Shown here: positions 27,318-40,422 of the stretch, piece after piece | Layout: the number at the start of each line of letters is the position of its first letter | How positions within the stretch are numbered: the stretch's first letter is position 1 | NCBI GenBank assembly: GCA_964016885.1 | Contig: OZ024742.1 | Coordinates: 24,738,001-24,802,000, forward strand | Direction of reading: 5' to 3' | Length of the DNA: 64,000 bases | Source of the DNA: Eledone cirrhosa | Lineage: Eukaryota | Notes under the pieces: model-generated | Told to the model about the DNA's origin: nothing | What the model saw: only the letters and a program-made list of their open reading frames with translations | Database searches by the model: none | Position numbers and translations under genes: made by a program

Positions 27318-27870
27318 AACTGCATAAAAAAGTGCAGGGCGATCAAAATTGATGGTAGTTACGGAGTAGGTAGACCCAGAAAAACCTGGGATGATCTGAT
27401 AAATTCCGACCTCACACACTTACATCTCTCTAAGACAATGTCTCTGGACCGAGATCTTTGGCGCTATGCAGTAATACAGAAGATTGCCTATGTACAAAGC
27501 GAAACCTACAGTATGTAGGCATCTCTTAACCAAATATACACCCCAATCCACTACCCTTACCCTATCCTCCCACTCCCGCTAACAGCACGAGAAAATAAGA
27601 TCGAGATCGTGTAGGTGTCACGACAAAAAACACACACAGTCCACGCAGTAATGTGGCCGTGTAGGTAACACGGTAAAAAGTTCCCAGTTCCACACTGTAA
27701 ATGTGGTTGGTGTTAGGAAGGGCATCCAGCCGAAGAAAACCTGCCAGATAGTCCTATATGAGCGAGACACGGTCACCCGACCAGCCTTGCCTCAAGTGGG
27801 ACAACTCCCGTCTAACCCATGCTAGCGTGGAAAATGGACATTAAACGAAGATGATGAGATGATGATGATA
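27318..27870 (+). mobile_element. 5'-truncated RTE copy (3' ORF end and 3' UTR)
   Basis: CIKKCRAIKIDGSYGVGRPRKTWDDLI; GGAAGGGCATCCAGC; (GAT)n tail. Confidence 0.88.
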
Positions 27871-27909
27871 AAATATTAAACAATCAAATTTTTGCTTAAT
27901 ACATTTAAT

Positions 27910-27956
27910 TGCTGATGATCGTTTGTTCCAGACGACTGTCTGGAACCATCAGAGCA
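27910..27956 (-). ncRNA. Degenerate hammerhead-like motif
   Basis: Minus strand tgct-CTGATGG-ttccagac-agtc-gtctggaa-CAAA-cgatca-TC-agca; helices I and II intact, two core positions altered. Confidence 0.45.
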
Positions 27957-28317
27957 TACACAATGTTTAAACAAGTAATTACATTCCTAGTCCTCAGAAC
28001 ATTCATTAAGATACATTACTATTGACAGTGTCAGTGAAATCATATTGAAAAGCAAGAGTGACAAAATGATATTATATTATACAGATAGCAAAGTATTAGG
28101 AGCTGTTGTTAAGAGGTTATTACATAAAGTGATAATAGTGAGCATATTATATAGAAAGTTATTTATAAAGGTAATCCAGGTGCAAAAAGATATCAAGTAA
28201 ATACATAATACAGTAAAAAGATATCATAGCATTGAAAGGTGTAATATTAAGGATATACGAAGCAAAATATACAGAATATTAATAAAGGCATGCGTCAGTA
28301 ACTTAGAAAATATATAT

Positions 28318-31300
28318 ATCACCATCATCATCATCATCATCATCATTTAACGTCCATCTTCCACGCTTGCATGGGTTTGGACGGGAATTTTCCCACTTGA
28401 GGCAAGATTGGTTGTCTTGCTCGTATAGGACGGTCTGGCGGGTTTTCTACGGCTGGATGCCCTTCCTAACACCAACCACGTTTACAGTGTGGAACTGGGA
28501 GGTTTACCGTGTTACCTACATGGACACATTACAGCATGGACTGTGTGTTTTTTTGTCGTGACACCTACACGACCTCATTTATTTCGGACTGGGTGTTGTG
28601 GTACCAACATAACTTTACATTGAAAGGGGTGGTGTGGATGGGGTGGGGTAGTGGGGTTGGGGTGTATTTGTGTTAGAGGTGCCTACTGACTGTAGGTTTC
28701 GCTTTGTACTTAGGCAAGGCGGGTCTTCTATGTTACTGTGTAGCGCCAAAGATCTCGGTCCAGTGACATTGTCTTGGAGAGGTGTAAGTGTGTGAGGTCG
28801 GAATTTATCAAGTCGTCCCAGGTTTTTCTGGGTTTGCCTACTCCGTGGCTACCGTCTATTTTTATCGCCCTGCACTTTTTTTTTTCAGCTGTCATCTTTC
28901 ATGCGCATCACGTTACCGTACCAACGTAGTCTTCTCTCGGGTAAACAACATCTAATCCCTCTTATTCCTAATTTCTCCCTTAGTTCGTTTATGCTTTGCC
29001 GTTCACGTATATTACTATTACACATCCAGTGGAGCATGCAAGCTTCGTTCTTCTCCAGTCTGCGTATATCCTCTGCACACAATGCACAAGTCTCACTGCC
29101 ATGTAACATTCGTATGCAGGCATCATACAGCCTGCCTTTCATTTTTAGGGAGAACCCTTTAGCGGCCAATAGTGGTATAAGCTCTCTGAACTTTTTCCAT
29201 CCCGTTCTGACTCTAGCTACTGTACTTTCAGAGCACCCTCCACCACTGCTGATTTTGTCGCCCGGGTAACGGAAGGTGTCCACTATTTCTATAGAACCAT
29301 CTGTGCAATGGAATGAGTTAGTATTCCGTGGGCACTTCTGCTACTTATTTCACCAGAGCCACGGCCACATATAAAATCTATATTCTTAGTTAGCTTACCT
29401 GTGATCCCACTACATCTTTTATGCACCCATACTTTGCATTTGGGACATAAAATGGAGTTTCTGCCTACTCCTTTCCTACACACTGAGCATGGCCATTTCC
29501 CAGATGGGACCGGTGCCCTATTTTCCTTCCTACAAACTAGAACTTTAGTCTTAGACAAGTTAATTTTAAGGCTTTTTGATTCTAGGCCATGCTTCCATGT
29601 TTGAAATTTCTTCTCTAGTTCAGCCATTGATTCAACTATGAGCGTTAGATCATCTGCGTATAGGTGTTCCCATGGGCAGCCGGTCTTGAACTCCTCTGTT
29701 ATAGCCTGAAGGGCAATAATAAATAGTAGGGGGCTAAGAACGGAGCCCTGATGAACACCAACTTTTACGATAAACTCTTCACTATATTCGTTGTTAATTC
29801 TAACCTTGCTGACTGTTTCTTTATACATGGCTTCTATAGCTCTCACAAGCCATTCATCAACACCTAGTTTTCTAAGAGTCCACCAGATAATGGAGCGGGG
29901 GACTCTATCAAAGGCTTTCTCCAACTCAACAAAAGCTAAGTATAGGGGTTTACTTTTAGCTAGGTACTTCTCCTGTAGATGTCGTTCAATGAAAAGAGCG
30001 TCTGTGGTACTTTTACCAGACACAAACCCGAACTGCATTTCATCAAGTTCAATTCGCTCTCTGATTAGTTGCGCTATTACTTTTTCTGTGACCTTCATGA
30101 CCTGGTCGATTAATTTAATGCCTCTATAGTTACCCATATCTAGGGCATCTCCTTTACCTTTGTAGCAGTTAATGATGATGCTGCTACGCCAGTCCTTCGG
30201 AACGACCCCATTCTGTATGACTTGGTTTACTATCCGTGTGACCATAGTGTGTCCCACCGTTCCAGATGCTTTCAGCATTTCAGCAACTATTTCCGAAGGC
30301 CCGGCCGCCTTACCCGTCCTCATATCTTTGATTGCCTTACTTATTATACTATCTTCCACTTGCACTGCTGGTCCCTCTATTGGGTCGATGTGGGGTAGAC
30401 TGTCTTTCTCCCATTTATTCTCCTCATTTAGTAGCTTTCGTAGTGACACTTCCAAGCTACCTTCTTATCAGCGTCAGTGATGGCAAGTCCACCATCATCA
30501 TTAAGGACACACCCCGACAATATCATGGTTTTCCTTGACACATTGCCTAGCAATCCTGAACACCTCACGTTTTTCGTCCTCGCGTTGTAGAACATGCTTG
30601 AACTTTCTTTCCTCTGCTTCCCTTCTTGCGAAGTACACTTGTCTCCTAGCTTCCCTCCTGGCCACTTGATAGTCTTCTCTACTTCCCCCATCCCGCCATA
30701 TTTACCAAGCCTGCTTTTTGGCCTTAATTGACTCCTCCAGCTTATGTTCCACCACCACGTTACTCTCCTCCTGCCTATAAGTCTACTCCAGTCACAGACT
30801 TCATCTGCCGCCTTCAGCAGGTTAGCTTTCAGGATTTCTCACTGTTCCTCTATATTGTACGACTCTAATTGCTCTTCCTTACTGTCAAAAGCATCAAGTA
30901 ATATGCTTTTAAATGTATTACTTGTTGTGGGGGTCCTTTAGCTTCCATATTTTTCTCCTGAGGAAAGTCCTCCTCTGTTGTCGAGTACGTCTTGTTCTGA
31001 CTACCCATTTTTCTGCTAACATGATTCCTACCCACCCAGCCCATTGTCATTTCCCACCCAGAAAAGCTTATAGCATCGTTTTTACCCACAACGAATCTAG
31101 CAGACCCACCCCTCCACCTGGTCTCTTGGATACAGCAAACGTCAACCTCCTTACGTTCAAGCATTTCTACAACCTCGTGAGAGCGACCTTTTAAGGTGCC
31201 TTCATTCATGGTACCAACTCTGAAGTTTTGCGTTGTGTTTGGTGGGTGTGAACGGTGGGGCGCGGGGAGGGGGGGGGGGAGATGAGTTTGGGGTTACGTT

Positions 31301-31400
31301 GGCCATCCGCGGCCGAAATAAAGAGGAGGAGTCCTTGCCTTTTCGTCCGGCAGCATGAGGTGAATTTGTCTTTATCTTTGGCATTGTCACTGAGTGTCCA
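28318..31400 (-). mobile_element. RTE LINE, near full length, ~510-bp deletion in APE
   Basis: GTMNEGTL..IQETRW; NYRGIKL, ELEKAFDRVP, GVHQGSVLSP, YADD, RLRWYG; (GAT)n tail; junction at 31002/31003 skips ~62265-62772 of sister copy. Confidence 0.93.
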
Positions 31401-31593
31401 ATATATATATATATATATACACGCGCACACAAACTATACATATGATCTCAGTCTATTTTTATGTAGGCATGTATGCAGCTGATAGACTTTGTTGTTCTAT
31501 AAATTCAGGCATTTTTTATATATATATATTTAACATATACAAGCAATATATATTACATATATGATGCACACATACATACATATATATGTGTGT

Positions 31594-31930
31594 ATCATCA
31601 TCATCATCATTTTACGTCCGTTTTTCCCTGCTTGCAAGGGTGGGAAAGGAACTGATTCTGGCTTGATTTCTACAGCTGGATGCCCTTCCTAATACCAACC
31701 TCATTTACAGTGAGTGCTGGGTGCTTTTTTTCCGTGGCGCCTACACGACCACTTTGCAGTGGAATGATAGGGACCCCAGTCCCTATCATCTCATTTCTAC
31801 AGCTGAGTAAACTGGAGCAATGTGAAATAAAGTGTCTTGCTCAAGGAAACAAATATCACCCTGTCTGAGAATTGAACTCACAACCTTTCGATTGCAAAGC
31901 CAATGCTCTAACCACTAAGCCATGTGCCTC
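31594..31930 (-). mobile_element. Adjacent RTE-tail short element (31594-31760) and tRNA-SINE (31760-31930)
   Basis: GCTGGATGCCCTTCCTAA motif; minus strand GGCTTAGTGGTTAGAGCA A-box, GAGTTCAATTCTC B-box, CCTTGAGCAAGACAC. Confidence 0.7.
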
Positions 31931-33030
31931 CTGTATATATATATTAAAAATACCTCTTCCTCCTTGTCCTTCTGTTCCCCCTGCCCCCACTTATTCCTGA
32001 GAGGGTCATGGAGGGACTTGGTCTTGTCAGAAGCATCTGTCTCCAATTGATCCAGCTGTATCACTAAATACCATCTTAGTAATGAAATACTAATTCAGTA
32101 AATCCTTCCTCCCGAAAATGTATCATTAATTACATGCAATACATTAGAAATATGGTCATTAAAAAGTTAAATATTCACACAGCAAGTGAGAGGAGTCAAT
32201 TGTGTAAAACTTGTAATTAGTAATTAGATAAAAATATGATATATTCAGATAACAAAAATTAATCAAAGTCAAATCTATTCATATTTTGTTTATAAACATT
32301 AGATTTTTATTTTTTTATTTTTTTTAAAGTGTGAATGAAATTGTATGAGACTCATTGATGAAATGCAATGATCTGTTCATGATCGCGTAAATGTATCACA
32401 ATATCTTGTTAAATAAGCTGACCTGGTGATAATGCATGTGGTGAATTTATTCAAGAGCTTCACATAATTTCTAAATTTTAAATGACTGAAACAAAATGCC
32501 AAAATAAAAAAAAAAGCTAAAAAAATACGCCAAAAAAATACAAATAAGAAAATGGTGATTTTGATGATAAGGCTATCATATGTTGATAGAAACAAGCATA
32601 AATCTGATTTTAAATGACGCTGTTGTGAATAAAAATGTGCAGCATCAATATTTGCTGCATTTGTTAAAACCTATATTAACTGTGGAAAAGAAAAGAAAAA
32701 AAGAAAAAACGAATCACTTTCAGGTAATATGTCAATTGTGAAAAAATGTTGAGGAAATTGAAAAATGGAGCTTCTTTAAATATTTATGAAATTTATATTT
32801 AAAAACAAAACTATATATATATATATATAGTATGTATATATATATGGGGCTTAATAAGGATTGTATATATGCATAAAAGTATATATATAAACCTGTAAAG
32901 CAAAAAATATATTATGGGTTTACCGAACATTTATTATAATGCTCGGTTTGTTTGTAAACAAACACCTCGAATTAAGCCATACAGTGTTTAGCAACCATCG
33001 TTGCCCTTTTGTTCAACACTGACAAAGGAA

Positions 33031-33071
33031 CGATATACTAGTTTCAAGCTTATTAGCTATCATCAGCATCG
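33031..33071 (-). ncRNA. Minimal type I hammerhead ribozyme
   Basis: Minus strand cgatg-CTGATGA-tagctaataagctt-GAAA-ctag-TA-tatcg. Confidence 0.85.
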
Positions 33072-33604
33072 TATACCTTCCTGTCAGATGATTGAACGTC
33101 TGAAAGTATATACTTTCCTTATGTATATTAACGGCTGAGCAGCCTAATTTGCATATCGAGTGAGTTAGTCGGCCGGGCGCACCGAAAACGATAAATGGAA
33201 TAAATGAAACGAAATTTCATTTCTCACTCTTAGTACGGCTGTTACTTAAATATAAGTATGTATACGTACATATATGTATACAGACGTACAGTAGTATATA
33301 TATATATACATACATGCACACATATATATATGTACGTATGGGTTTACCGAACATTTATTATAATGCTCGTTTGTTTGTAAACAAACAGCCCGAATTAAGC
33401 CGTACAGTGTTTAGCAAACATCGTTGCCCTTTTGTTCAACACTGACATTTTTTCTGACATTTTTTCTCACACGTTTTCCATTTATCGTTTTCGGTGCGCC
33501 CGGCCGACTAACTCACTCGAAATGCAAATTAGGCTGCTCAGCCGTTAATATGCATAAGGAAAGTGTATACTTTCAGACGTTCAATTATTTTGCAGGAAGG
33601 TATA

Positions 33605-33645
33605 CGATGCTGACGATAGCTAATATGCTTGAAACTAGTACATCG
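33605..33645 (+). ncRNA. Minimal type I hammerhead ribozyme
   Basis: cgatg-CTGACGA-tagctaatatgctt-GAAA-ctag-TA-catcg; perfect 5-bp helix I, palindromic helix III ACTAGT. Confidence 0.88.
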
Positions 33646-33904
33646 TTCCTTTGTCAGTGTTGAACAAAAGGGCAACGATGGTTACTGAACACTGTACGGC
33701 TTAATTCGGGCTGTTTGTTTACAAACAGACCGAACATTATAATAAATGTTCGGTAAACCCATACGTACATATATATATATATATGTGTGCATGTATGTAT
33801 GTATATACATACTACTGTACGTCTGTATACATATATGTATGTACGTATACATACTTATATTTAAGTAACAGCCGTACTAAGAGTGAGAAATGAGATTTCG
33901 TTTC

Positions 33905-34031
<127 letters not shown>

Positions 34032-34056
34032 GATATATATATATATATATATATAC

Positions 34057-34480
34057 GTGGGATGAAGTGATAAAAGCTGACCTTGCCCAATTGCACCTCT
34101 CAATGGCAATGACACTGGACCATGACTTCTGGCGTCACACAGTAATACAGAAGATCCGACTTCCCACGGGTACAACCTGAAGCTGAAGCATATAGGCAAC
34201 ATACCCTCCCACTGCAAAGTGGTTGTGCAGGTACCATGACAAAAAGGCACCCAGCCAAAACTGTAAAGTGGCTATATAGGTGCCACAGTATAAAAGCACC
34301 TGAAATGAGGTTCGTGTTAGAAAGGGTATCCAGCTGTAAAAATCAAGCCAAAATCAGTTGTCATATGAGCAAGACAAGGTCACCCGGCCTGGCATTGCCC
34401 ACAACAGGACAACACGTCTAACCTATACTAGCGTCGAAGAATGGACGTAAAACGGTGATGATGATGATGATGATGATGAT
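34057..34480 (+). mobile_element. 5'-truncated RTE-related 3' end
   Basis: [10 protein letters not shown]-like coding end, GAAAGGGTATCCAGCTGTA, (GAT)n tail. Confidence 0.75.
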
Positions 34481-34729
34481 ATATATATACTCTATGGGTT
34501 TATATATACTTTTATATATATATACAATCCTTATCGAGCCTTCTTCAGAATTGGTCTTTGGATTTTCGTATTTATTATTACTATAATATATATATATATT
34601 ACAATGATCAATATAAAATTCAATAATGTTAATATTAAGATCGGATATCAGCTAACTGTAATACCTGAAAATTTTCGGATAGATTTGATTAAATGAAATT
34701 GGGATCTGAAATGAAAGCAATTTAGATCA

Positions 34730-35200
34730 ATTGTGCAGGAGCTGGTGCAGTAATGCAGTAGTTAGAAGCAGAGACGTAAGTGTAAAAGCCAAACTCGCTA
34801 TGTTAAATCCGGTATTCGTGCCAACTCTTAACTTTGGTCATGAATCTTATGTAATGACTGAAAGAATACGATCGCAATTGTGTCAAAAATGGGGTTCCTC
34901 CAAAGCGTATTGGAAGTAACTTTACTTGGTAGTGTGCATGGCTCAGAGATCAGAGAGTCATTCCTGGTAGAGCTGCTACTTCTTTGAATTGCAAGATTAC
35001 AGCTCCGATATTATGGGCATGTGGTTAGAATATCTCAAGAAAGAATTACTGGATAGATTTTACGGGCAAAACTAACTGGCGGGCAACACAGGGGTAGACC
35101 CCAAGAAAGATATTTGGATAACATCCATGAGCTCAGCTGGTCTAGCTTGGGGGATTCAGCTGATCAATTAGAGATGGTTGCTTCTGGCAGGGAGTGTTTC
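34730..35200 (+). pseudogene. RTE relic (thumb/C-terminus)
   Basis: KAKLAMLNPVFVPTLNFGHESYVMTERIRSQ; LRYYGHVVR; GRP. Confidence 0.7.
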
Positions 35201-35240
35201 AGGACTCTGCACCTAATAAAATCTTAGGAATAATAATAAT

Positions 35241-35271
<31 letters not shown>

Positions 35272-35304
35272 TTAATAATATTACTAATAATAATGTTAAT
35301 GATA

Positions 35305-35525
35305 ATAATGGTTTCTGATTTAGGCACAAGGCCAACAATAATTTTGGGAGGGGAAAGTCAATTAAATCAACCCCAGTATGTTACTGATGCTTTATTTTAT
35401 CGATCATGTAAGGATGAAAGGCAGAGCTAACCTCAGGGGGATTTGAACTCGGAATATAAAGGCCGATACTATATGCCACAAAGCATAATGCCCAATGCTC
35501 TAATGATACTGCCAACCCACCACCC
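35305..35525 (-). mobile_element. SINE (GCCTTTCATCCTTAC family) with (ATT)n tail
   Basis: Reverse complement similar to 41245-41460. Confidence 0.7.
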
Positions 35526-35849
35526 TAATAATAATAATAAGAAGAAGAGGGATCACTTGTTGAGATGTTTTAAAAAGTTTGATGCAGAAGCAAAAACTGA
35601 CAATAGCAGATATTTTGTGAGTGATATTGTTGCTGAATGTAAAAATGAATCATGCCTTGCTGTCTTGGTATGGATGTGATAAATGTTGATATTTGAACAA
35701 TAATTTATGAAAGTAATGTTCCAGAGAGGTTTGTAGAAGATGAAGGGGTTTTAAGGCTAACAAAATAAATTAAGGAAGATCTTACATAAAAAATAATTAT
35801 CTTAGAGTGAGTAGATTAGCCTCTCCTTCATCATCATCTGGTGGCCTCA

Positions 35850-36390
35850 GCTGAAATGGACTCAACAATTGATTGCCACGTGCGTCTGCCGTTCATTGCT
35901 ATTGACAACTTCTGGATTTCAATACAGAATCTCTGGAGATAACATCGAGGTAGGAGAGCTTGTGCCCCCTGTTATTAATGACTGCTTGTGGTTTCCAAAG
36001 CACTAATAGGGACACAGCCTCGTAGGTGGCACGATGGCAGTGGCCAGCAAATCTTACTCTGCTCGTATGTAAAATGACAGATATGCAGGGGAAGCCAGCT
36101 TGTGTTCTAAATGTGTTGAAACAGGCAAGTGTAAATGCCATCAAGGGGCTTTTGTTGTTTGGATGAAAGCATCCATGTTTCATTTCCATATAGCAAGATT
36201 GGTTGAATTGTTACTTGGAAGAGTCTGATCTTGGTGTGGCTGGAAAGATTTGAGCACCAAACTCGATCCATCTTGTTGCAAGCTGACCATGCTAGAGCCT
36301 TTCTGGTGGTGAAATCCTTCTCAGAGTCCATGATCCAGGACCCAAGATACTTGAAATCCTCAACTTGCTTGATATCACTGCCGTTGAGTA
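35850..36390 (-). pseudogene. RTE-X relic (C-terminal half)
   Basis: DFKYLGS, RKALAWSACNKM, ILLYGNETW, RVRFAGHCHR. Confidence 0.8.
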
Positions 36391-37989
36391 AAAGCTTGGG
36401 TAAGATCTTTTTATGTGGAATCTATAAAGTAGATGTAAGATTATAAAATAGATGTAGAGACTTTTATCATATTTCAAATATGATTCCACATGGTATTCTT
36501 TTTCTGGCATGCTTAATTGATTTCAAAGGAGTATAGTGACCAAATATAGGCTGGCAATTGAGCAGGAATAGTGAGGCATCAAGAATTAGTTTTAGACCTA
36601 GGAAAGATATAACACCCTCTCTACTTCTAATGCTACAATAAAATATACTTGCAACACTCTGTAAAGCATTTGGTATTAGGAAGTTCATCCTGCCATTGAA
36701 ATCCTGCCAAAACAGAATATACTGGAGATTCATGGTTTTATTTTACTCAACTAAGAGGGCAGTAACTCTAAATAAGAAATGATTCAGACAACAACAACAC
36801 ATAAAACATGCCAGCATGAATGCATGGATGTAAAAATAATGATGATACCATCAAAGTGAAATTTGTTCTGTCATATGAGAAACTACTGCAATATATACCA
36901 ACTGGTCTTTTGTGATGGTTATATGCCTTCTATGTAGAATTGAAACAGCAAGTACTAGCATTAAAACAAGGTATGAACACTTGACTGAAGAGTCCTCACA
37001 AGTCCTATATTGTTTCTATAGGATCTTTATTGCCTATCACTATAAGCTCTCGTCTCTCACCACATCTAACATTAGTGTCCAGTGCTTGTGCAGGCAGAGT
37101 GAGGAGTCCTCTCAAGTAGTAAGAAACTATCAGAAGAGTTGGAGAGTAGAAAGTCTTCAGAGAAGAAACTCCCCCATACATGAATCTCTGGTCTCTCTCA
37201 CCGTGTTTACTTTTAGTGTCATGGTGCTTCAACTAGTAGAGAAGTCTTTTGATAATGTTATTATTTATGAATGTGATGTATGCATTGGTGAGAGAACTGT
37301 TGAAAATCTACATAACAAGGTAGATAAGATCATAAAAGATTGGAATTATCAGGTATGGTGATCAATTGAGCTCTGTCTCTGTTAGATATTGATAAATTGT
37401 CTTTTTTGTGATATTGACTGACAAAGAGGGTATATCACTAGAGTATCGTTTAGTAGGGAAAATTATGGCTGTAAAACCATCAAAGGATCTGAAGCAATTA
37501 GAAACTTTTTTACCATAGAGTGTCTAAAAGAAAATGTGTTTAAGGATATAAACTAATGTTAGTATCAAAACCAATGGTCTAGATTTACGATGTCACAAAC
37601 AAACTTACCTTAATAACTAATGCATGTGAAAAGGCTGTGTTAGTAATATTTTTACATGTACTATATCTGTCAAGAACATTAAGCACTATAATAAGTTACT
37701 GAAATATTGAAAGAGAAGCCTTATGTGTTTGTATGGTTTACTTGAAGACTAAGACATTGTTTTGTGTGGCTGAAAATTTAAATTAATCTCAGATGATACA
37801 TCATTAAAATATATTCTGAGGATAGTCTACAAAAGTTGAAGAGAAATGTGTAGGCTGGTGTGTGTGTGTGTGAAACATAGGTGAAGAATGTGGAGCAACA
37901 GCTGAGAAAGCTGAAAAGAATGGAGATGAGAATGGCTTAGTGAATAATTGGAGTATTGATGAGTGAGGAAGACAAACAATAAATTGAAG

Positions 37990-38255
37990 GTGGTCGTGGA
38001 GGTACCACGGCAAAAAGCACCCAGCCCACACTGTAAAGTGGACGTGTAGGTGCCACGAAAAACCACCCAGCACTCACTGTAAATGAGGTTGGTGTTAGGA
38101 AGGGCATCCAGCTGTAGAAATCAAGCCAAATCAGTTCCTGTATGAGCAAGGCATGGTCAGCCGACCAGACACTGCCCACAACAGGACAACCCGTCTAACC
38201 CATGCTAGCGTGGAAGAACGGACGTAAAACGGTGATGATGATGATGATGATGATG
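37990..38255 (+). mobile_element. RTE 3'-end-derived short element
   Basis: GGTTGGTGTTAGGAAGGGCATCCAGCTGTAGAAA; CCCGTCTAACCCATGCTAGC; (GAT)n tail. Confidence 0.8.
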
Positions 38256-38258
38256 GTA

Positions 38259-38510
38259 ATAGAACCAGTGATGAATTTTGTGAAGAAGAAAAAAATGAGA
38301 TGGTTAGGTCATGTGTTGAGGAAAGATTCAAGTGACTGTGTGAGAGATATAGACCAGTGATGAATGTTGTAAATAGAAATGGAATGAGATGGTTTGGTCA
38401 TGTGTTGATTAAAGGATAAAAGGGACTGGATGAGAGGAATAGAACCAGTGATGAATGTTGTAAATAGAAATGGAATGAGATGGTTAGGTCATGTGTTGAG
38501 GAGTGATGGA
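38259..38510 (+). repeat. Three 90-bp tandem repeats derived from RTE coding sequence
   Basis: ATAG(A)ACCAGTGATGAAT at 38259, 38349, 38439; translates IEPVMNVVNRNGMRW(F/L)GHVL. Confidence 0.75.
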
Positions 38511-38765
38511 AATGAATGTAGAAGCAGAGGAAGAAGAAGGCTAAGAAAGACATAGATAAAAAGGATGGAGAAGGACATAAAAAAATGGTAAAGGAGGAAT
38601 ATGAAAATTGGAGAGGCTTGTCATGGGACATGTAAAGCTAACTAACTCTCCCTTTAGCAGGGAAGATGGCGTTAAAACATTTGTTATCATTGTTGCTGTT
38701 GCAGCAGCATTATCATGTTTGGAATTTATTAAGACTTGGTTTGGATAAGACGATGGTGATGATCT

Positions 38766-38958
38766 TTTCATTAGCACAAGAGATAACCATCTTCAATTGT
38801 TAATTTATTTTTCAGTTACTTAAATGGCCTTTTAACAACCAAACAATTGATCCAAAAGGATTTTTAATAATAATTGGATCAATTGTTTGGTTGTTAAAAG
38901 GCCATTTAAGTAATTGAAAAATAAATTAACAATTGAAGATGGTATCTTGTGTAATGAA
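38766..38958. repeat. Near-perfect palindrome (70-bp core arms, 18-nt loop) made from a Gypsy-like integrase relic
   Basis: 38786-38855 pairs with 38874-38943; right arm continues as LKNKLTIEDGILCNEDLIVL..VHSSLGPT, resembling the pre-integrase zinc-binding region. Confidence 0.8.
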
Positions 38959-39329
38959 GACTTAATTGTTCTAGCAGGCCATTTGAAAATATTAATGATA
39001 ATAGCTGAGTATAATGATGTACATAGTAGCTTAGGGCCAACAGGGAATCAGATGAAAAGAGAATCTGACAGTCAGGTTACTGTGAAAATCATTATTATCA
39101 TCATTTAATATCTGCTTTCCCAGCTAGTAAGGGTTAGAAGAGTCTACATAGTCCAAGATAGTACTGAAATAAGGTTACTGACCTCCCAGACAGGCCGAGG
39201 AGTTGCATCGCTGCTTACATATGGTCATGCGTTCTATTGAGTGCAGAGGAGAAGTTGTCTTTTGACAAAATTTTAAGGGTCCTCCCAACCCCTTGTTTGG
39301 CAAGCTTTTTACAGCTGGATGCTGTTGTG

Positions 39330-39512
39330 GATTGGCAGTATCGGTAGAGGGTCGGATGCCATGCTTTGATGCATAGAGTTACGGCCCTTGCCATTCTGAG
39401 TTCAACTCCCGCCGAGGTTAACTTTGCCTTTCATCCTTACGGGGTCGATAAAATAAAGTACCAGTAATGTACTGGGTAATTGCTGGCCTTGTGCCAATAG
39501 TAGAAACAGTTA
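39330..39512 (+). mobile_element. SINE (GCCTTTCATCCTTAC family)
   Basis: TGGCAGTATCGGTAGA A-box, GAGTTCAACTCC B-box, GCCTTTCATCCTTACGGGGTCGATAAAATAAAGTACCAG core. Confidence 0.8.
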
Positions 39513-39562
39513 TTAACACCAACCACTTTACAGCATGTAGAATATTAAAATATATCAGTTCT

Positions 39563-40422
39563 ATCATCATCATCAACGTTTAACGTCCGTGTTCCACGCT
39601 TGCATGGGTTTGGACGGGGGTTTTCCCACTTGAGGCAAGAGTGGTTGTCTTGCTCGCATAGGACTGTCTGGCAGGTTTTCTACAGTTGGATGCCCTTCCT
39701 AACACCAACCACATTTACAGTGTGGGTCTGGGAGGTTTTTACCGTGTTGCCTACACGGCCACATTACAGTGTGGACTGTGTGTTTTTTTGTCGTGACACC
39801 TACATGATCTCATTCGTTTCGGCCTGGATGGTGTGGCACCAGCATAACTTTACATAGAAGGGGGTGGTGTGGATGGGGTGGAGGTGGTGGGAAGGGGGTG
39901 TATTTTGTTAGAGATGCCTACTGACTGTAGTAGGTTTTACTATGTATTTAGGTAAGGCGGGTCTTCTCTATTACTGAGTACCGCCAAAGGTCTCGGTCCA
40001 GTGACATTGTCTTGGAGAGGTGTAAGTGTGTGAGGTCGGAGTTTATCACCTCGTCCCAGGTTTTTCTAGGTCTGCCTATTCCGTGGCTACCGTCTATCTT
40101 TATTGCCCTGCACTTTTTTATACAGCTATCGACTTTCATGCGCATCACGTGTCCATACCAACGCAGCCTTCTCTCGAGTAAACAACATCTGATCCCTCTT
40201 ATTTCTAATTTTTTCCTTAGTTCGTTTATGCTTTGCCGTTCACGTATATTACTGTTACACATCCAGCGGAGCATGCAAGCTTCGTTCCTCTCTATTCTGC
40301 GTATATCCTCTGCACACAATGCCCAGGTCTCACTGCCATGCAACATTGCTGTTTGTATGCAGGCATCATACAACCTGCCTTTCGTTTTTAGGGAGAACCC
40401 TTTAGCGGCTAATAGTGGTATG
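39563..40422 (-). mobile_element. 5'-truncated RTE copy
   Basis: LHGSETW, RRLRWYGHV, GRPRKTW; same 3' UTR as 28318 and 59580 copies. Confidence 0.92.

Noticed and set aside
36850-37540. 149-aa ORF at 36912 and flanks as a host exon or transposase relic
   Set aside because: No motif I can recognise; needs blastx
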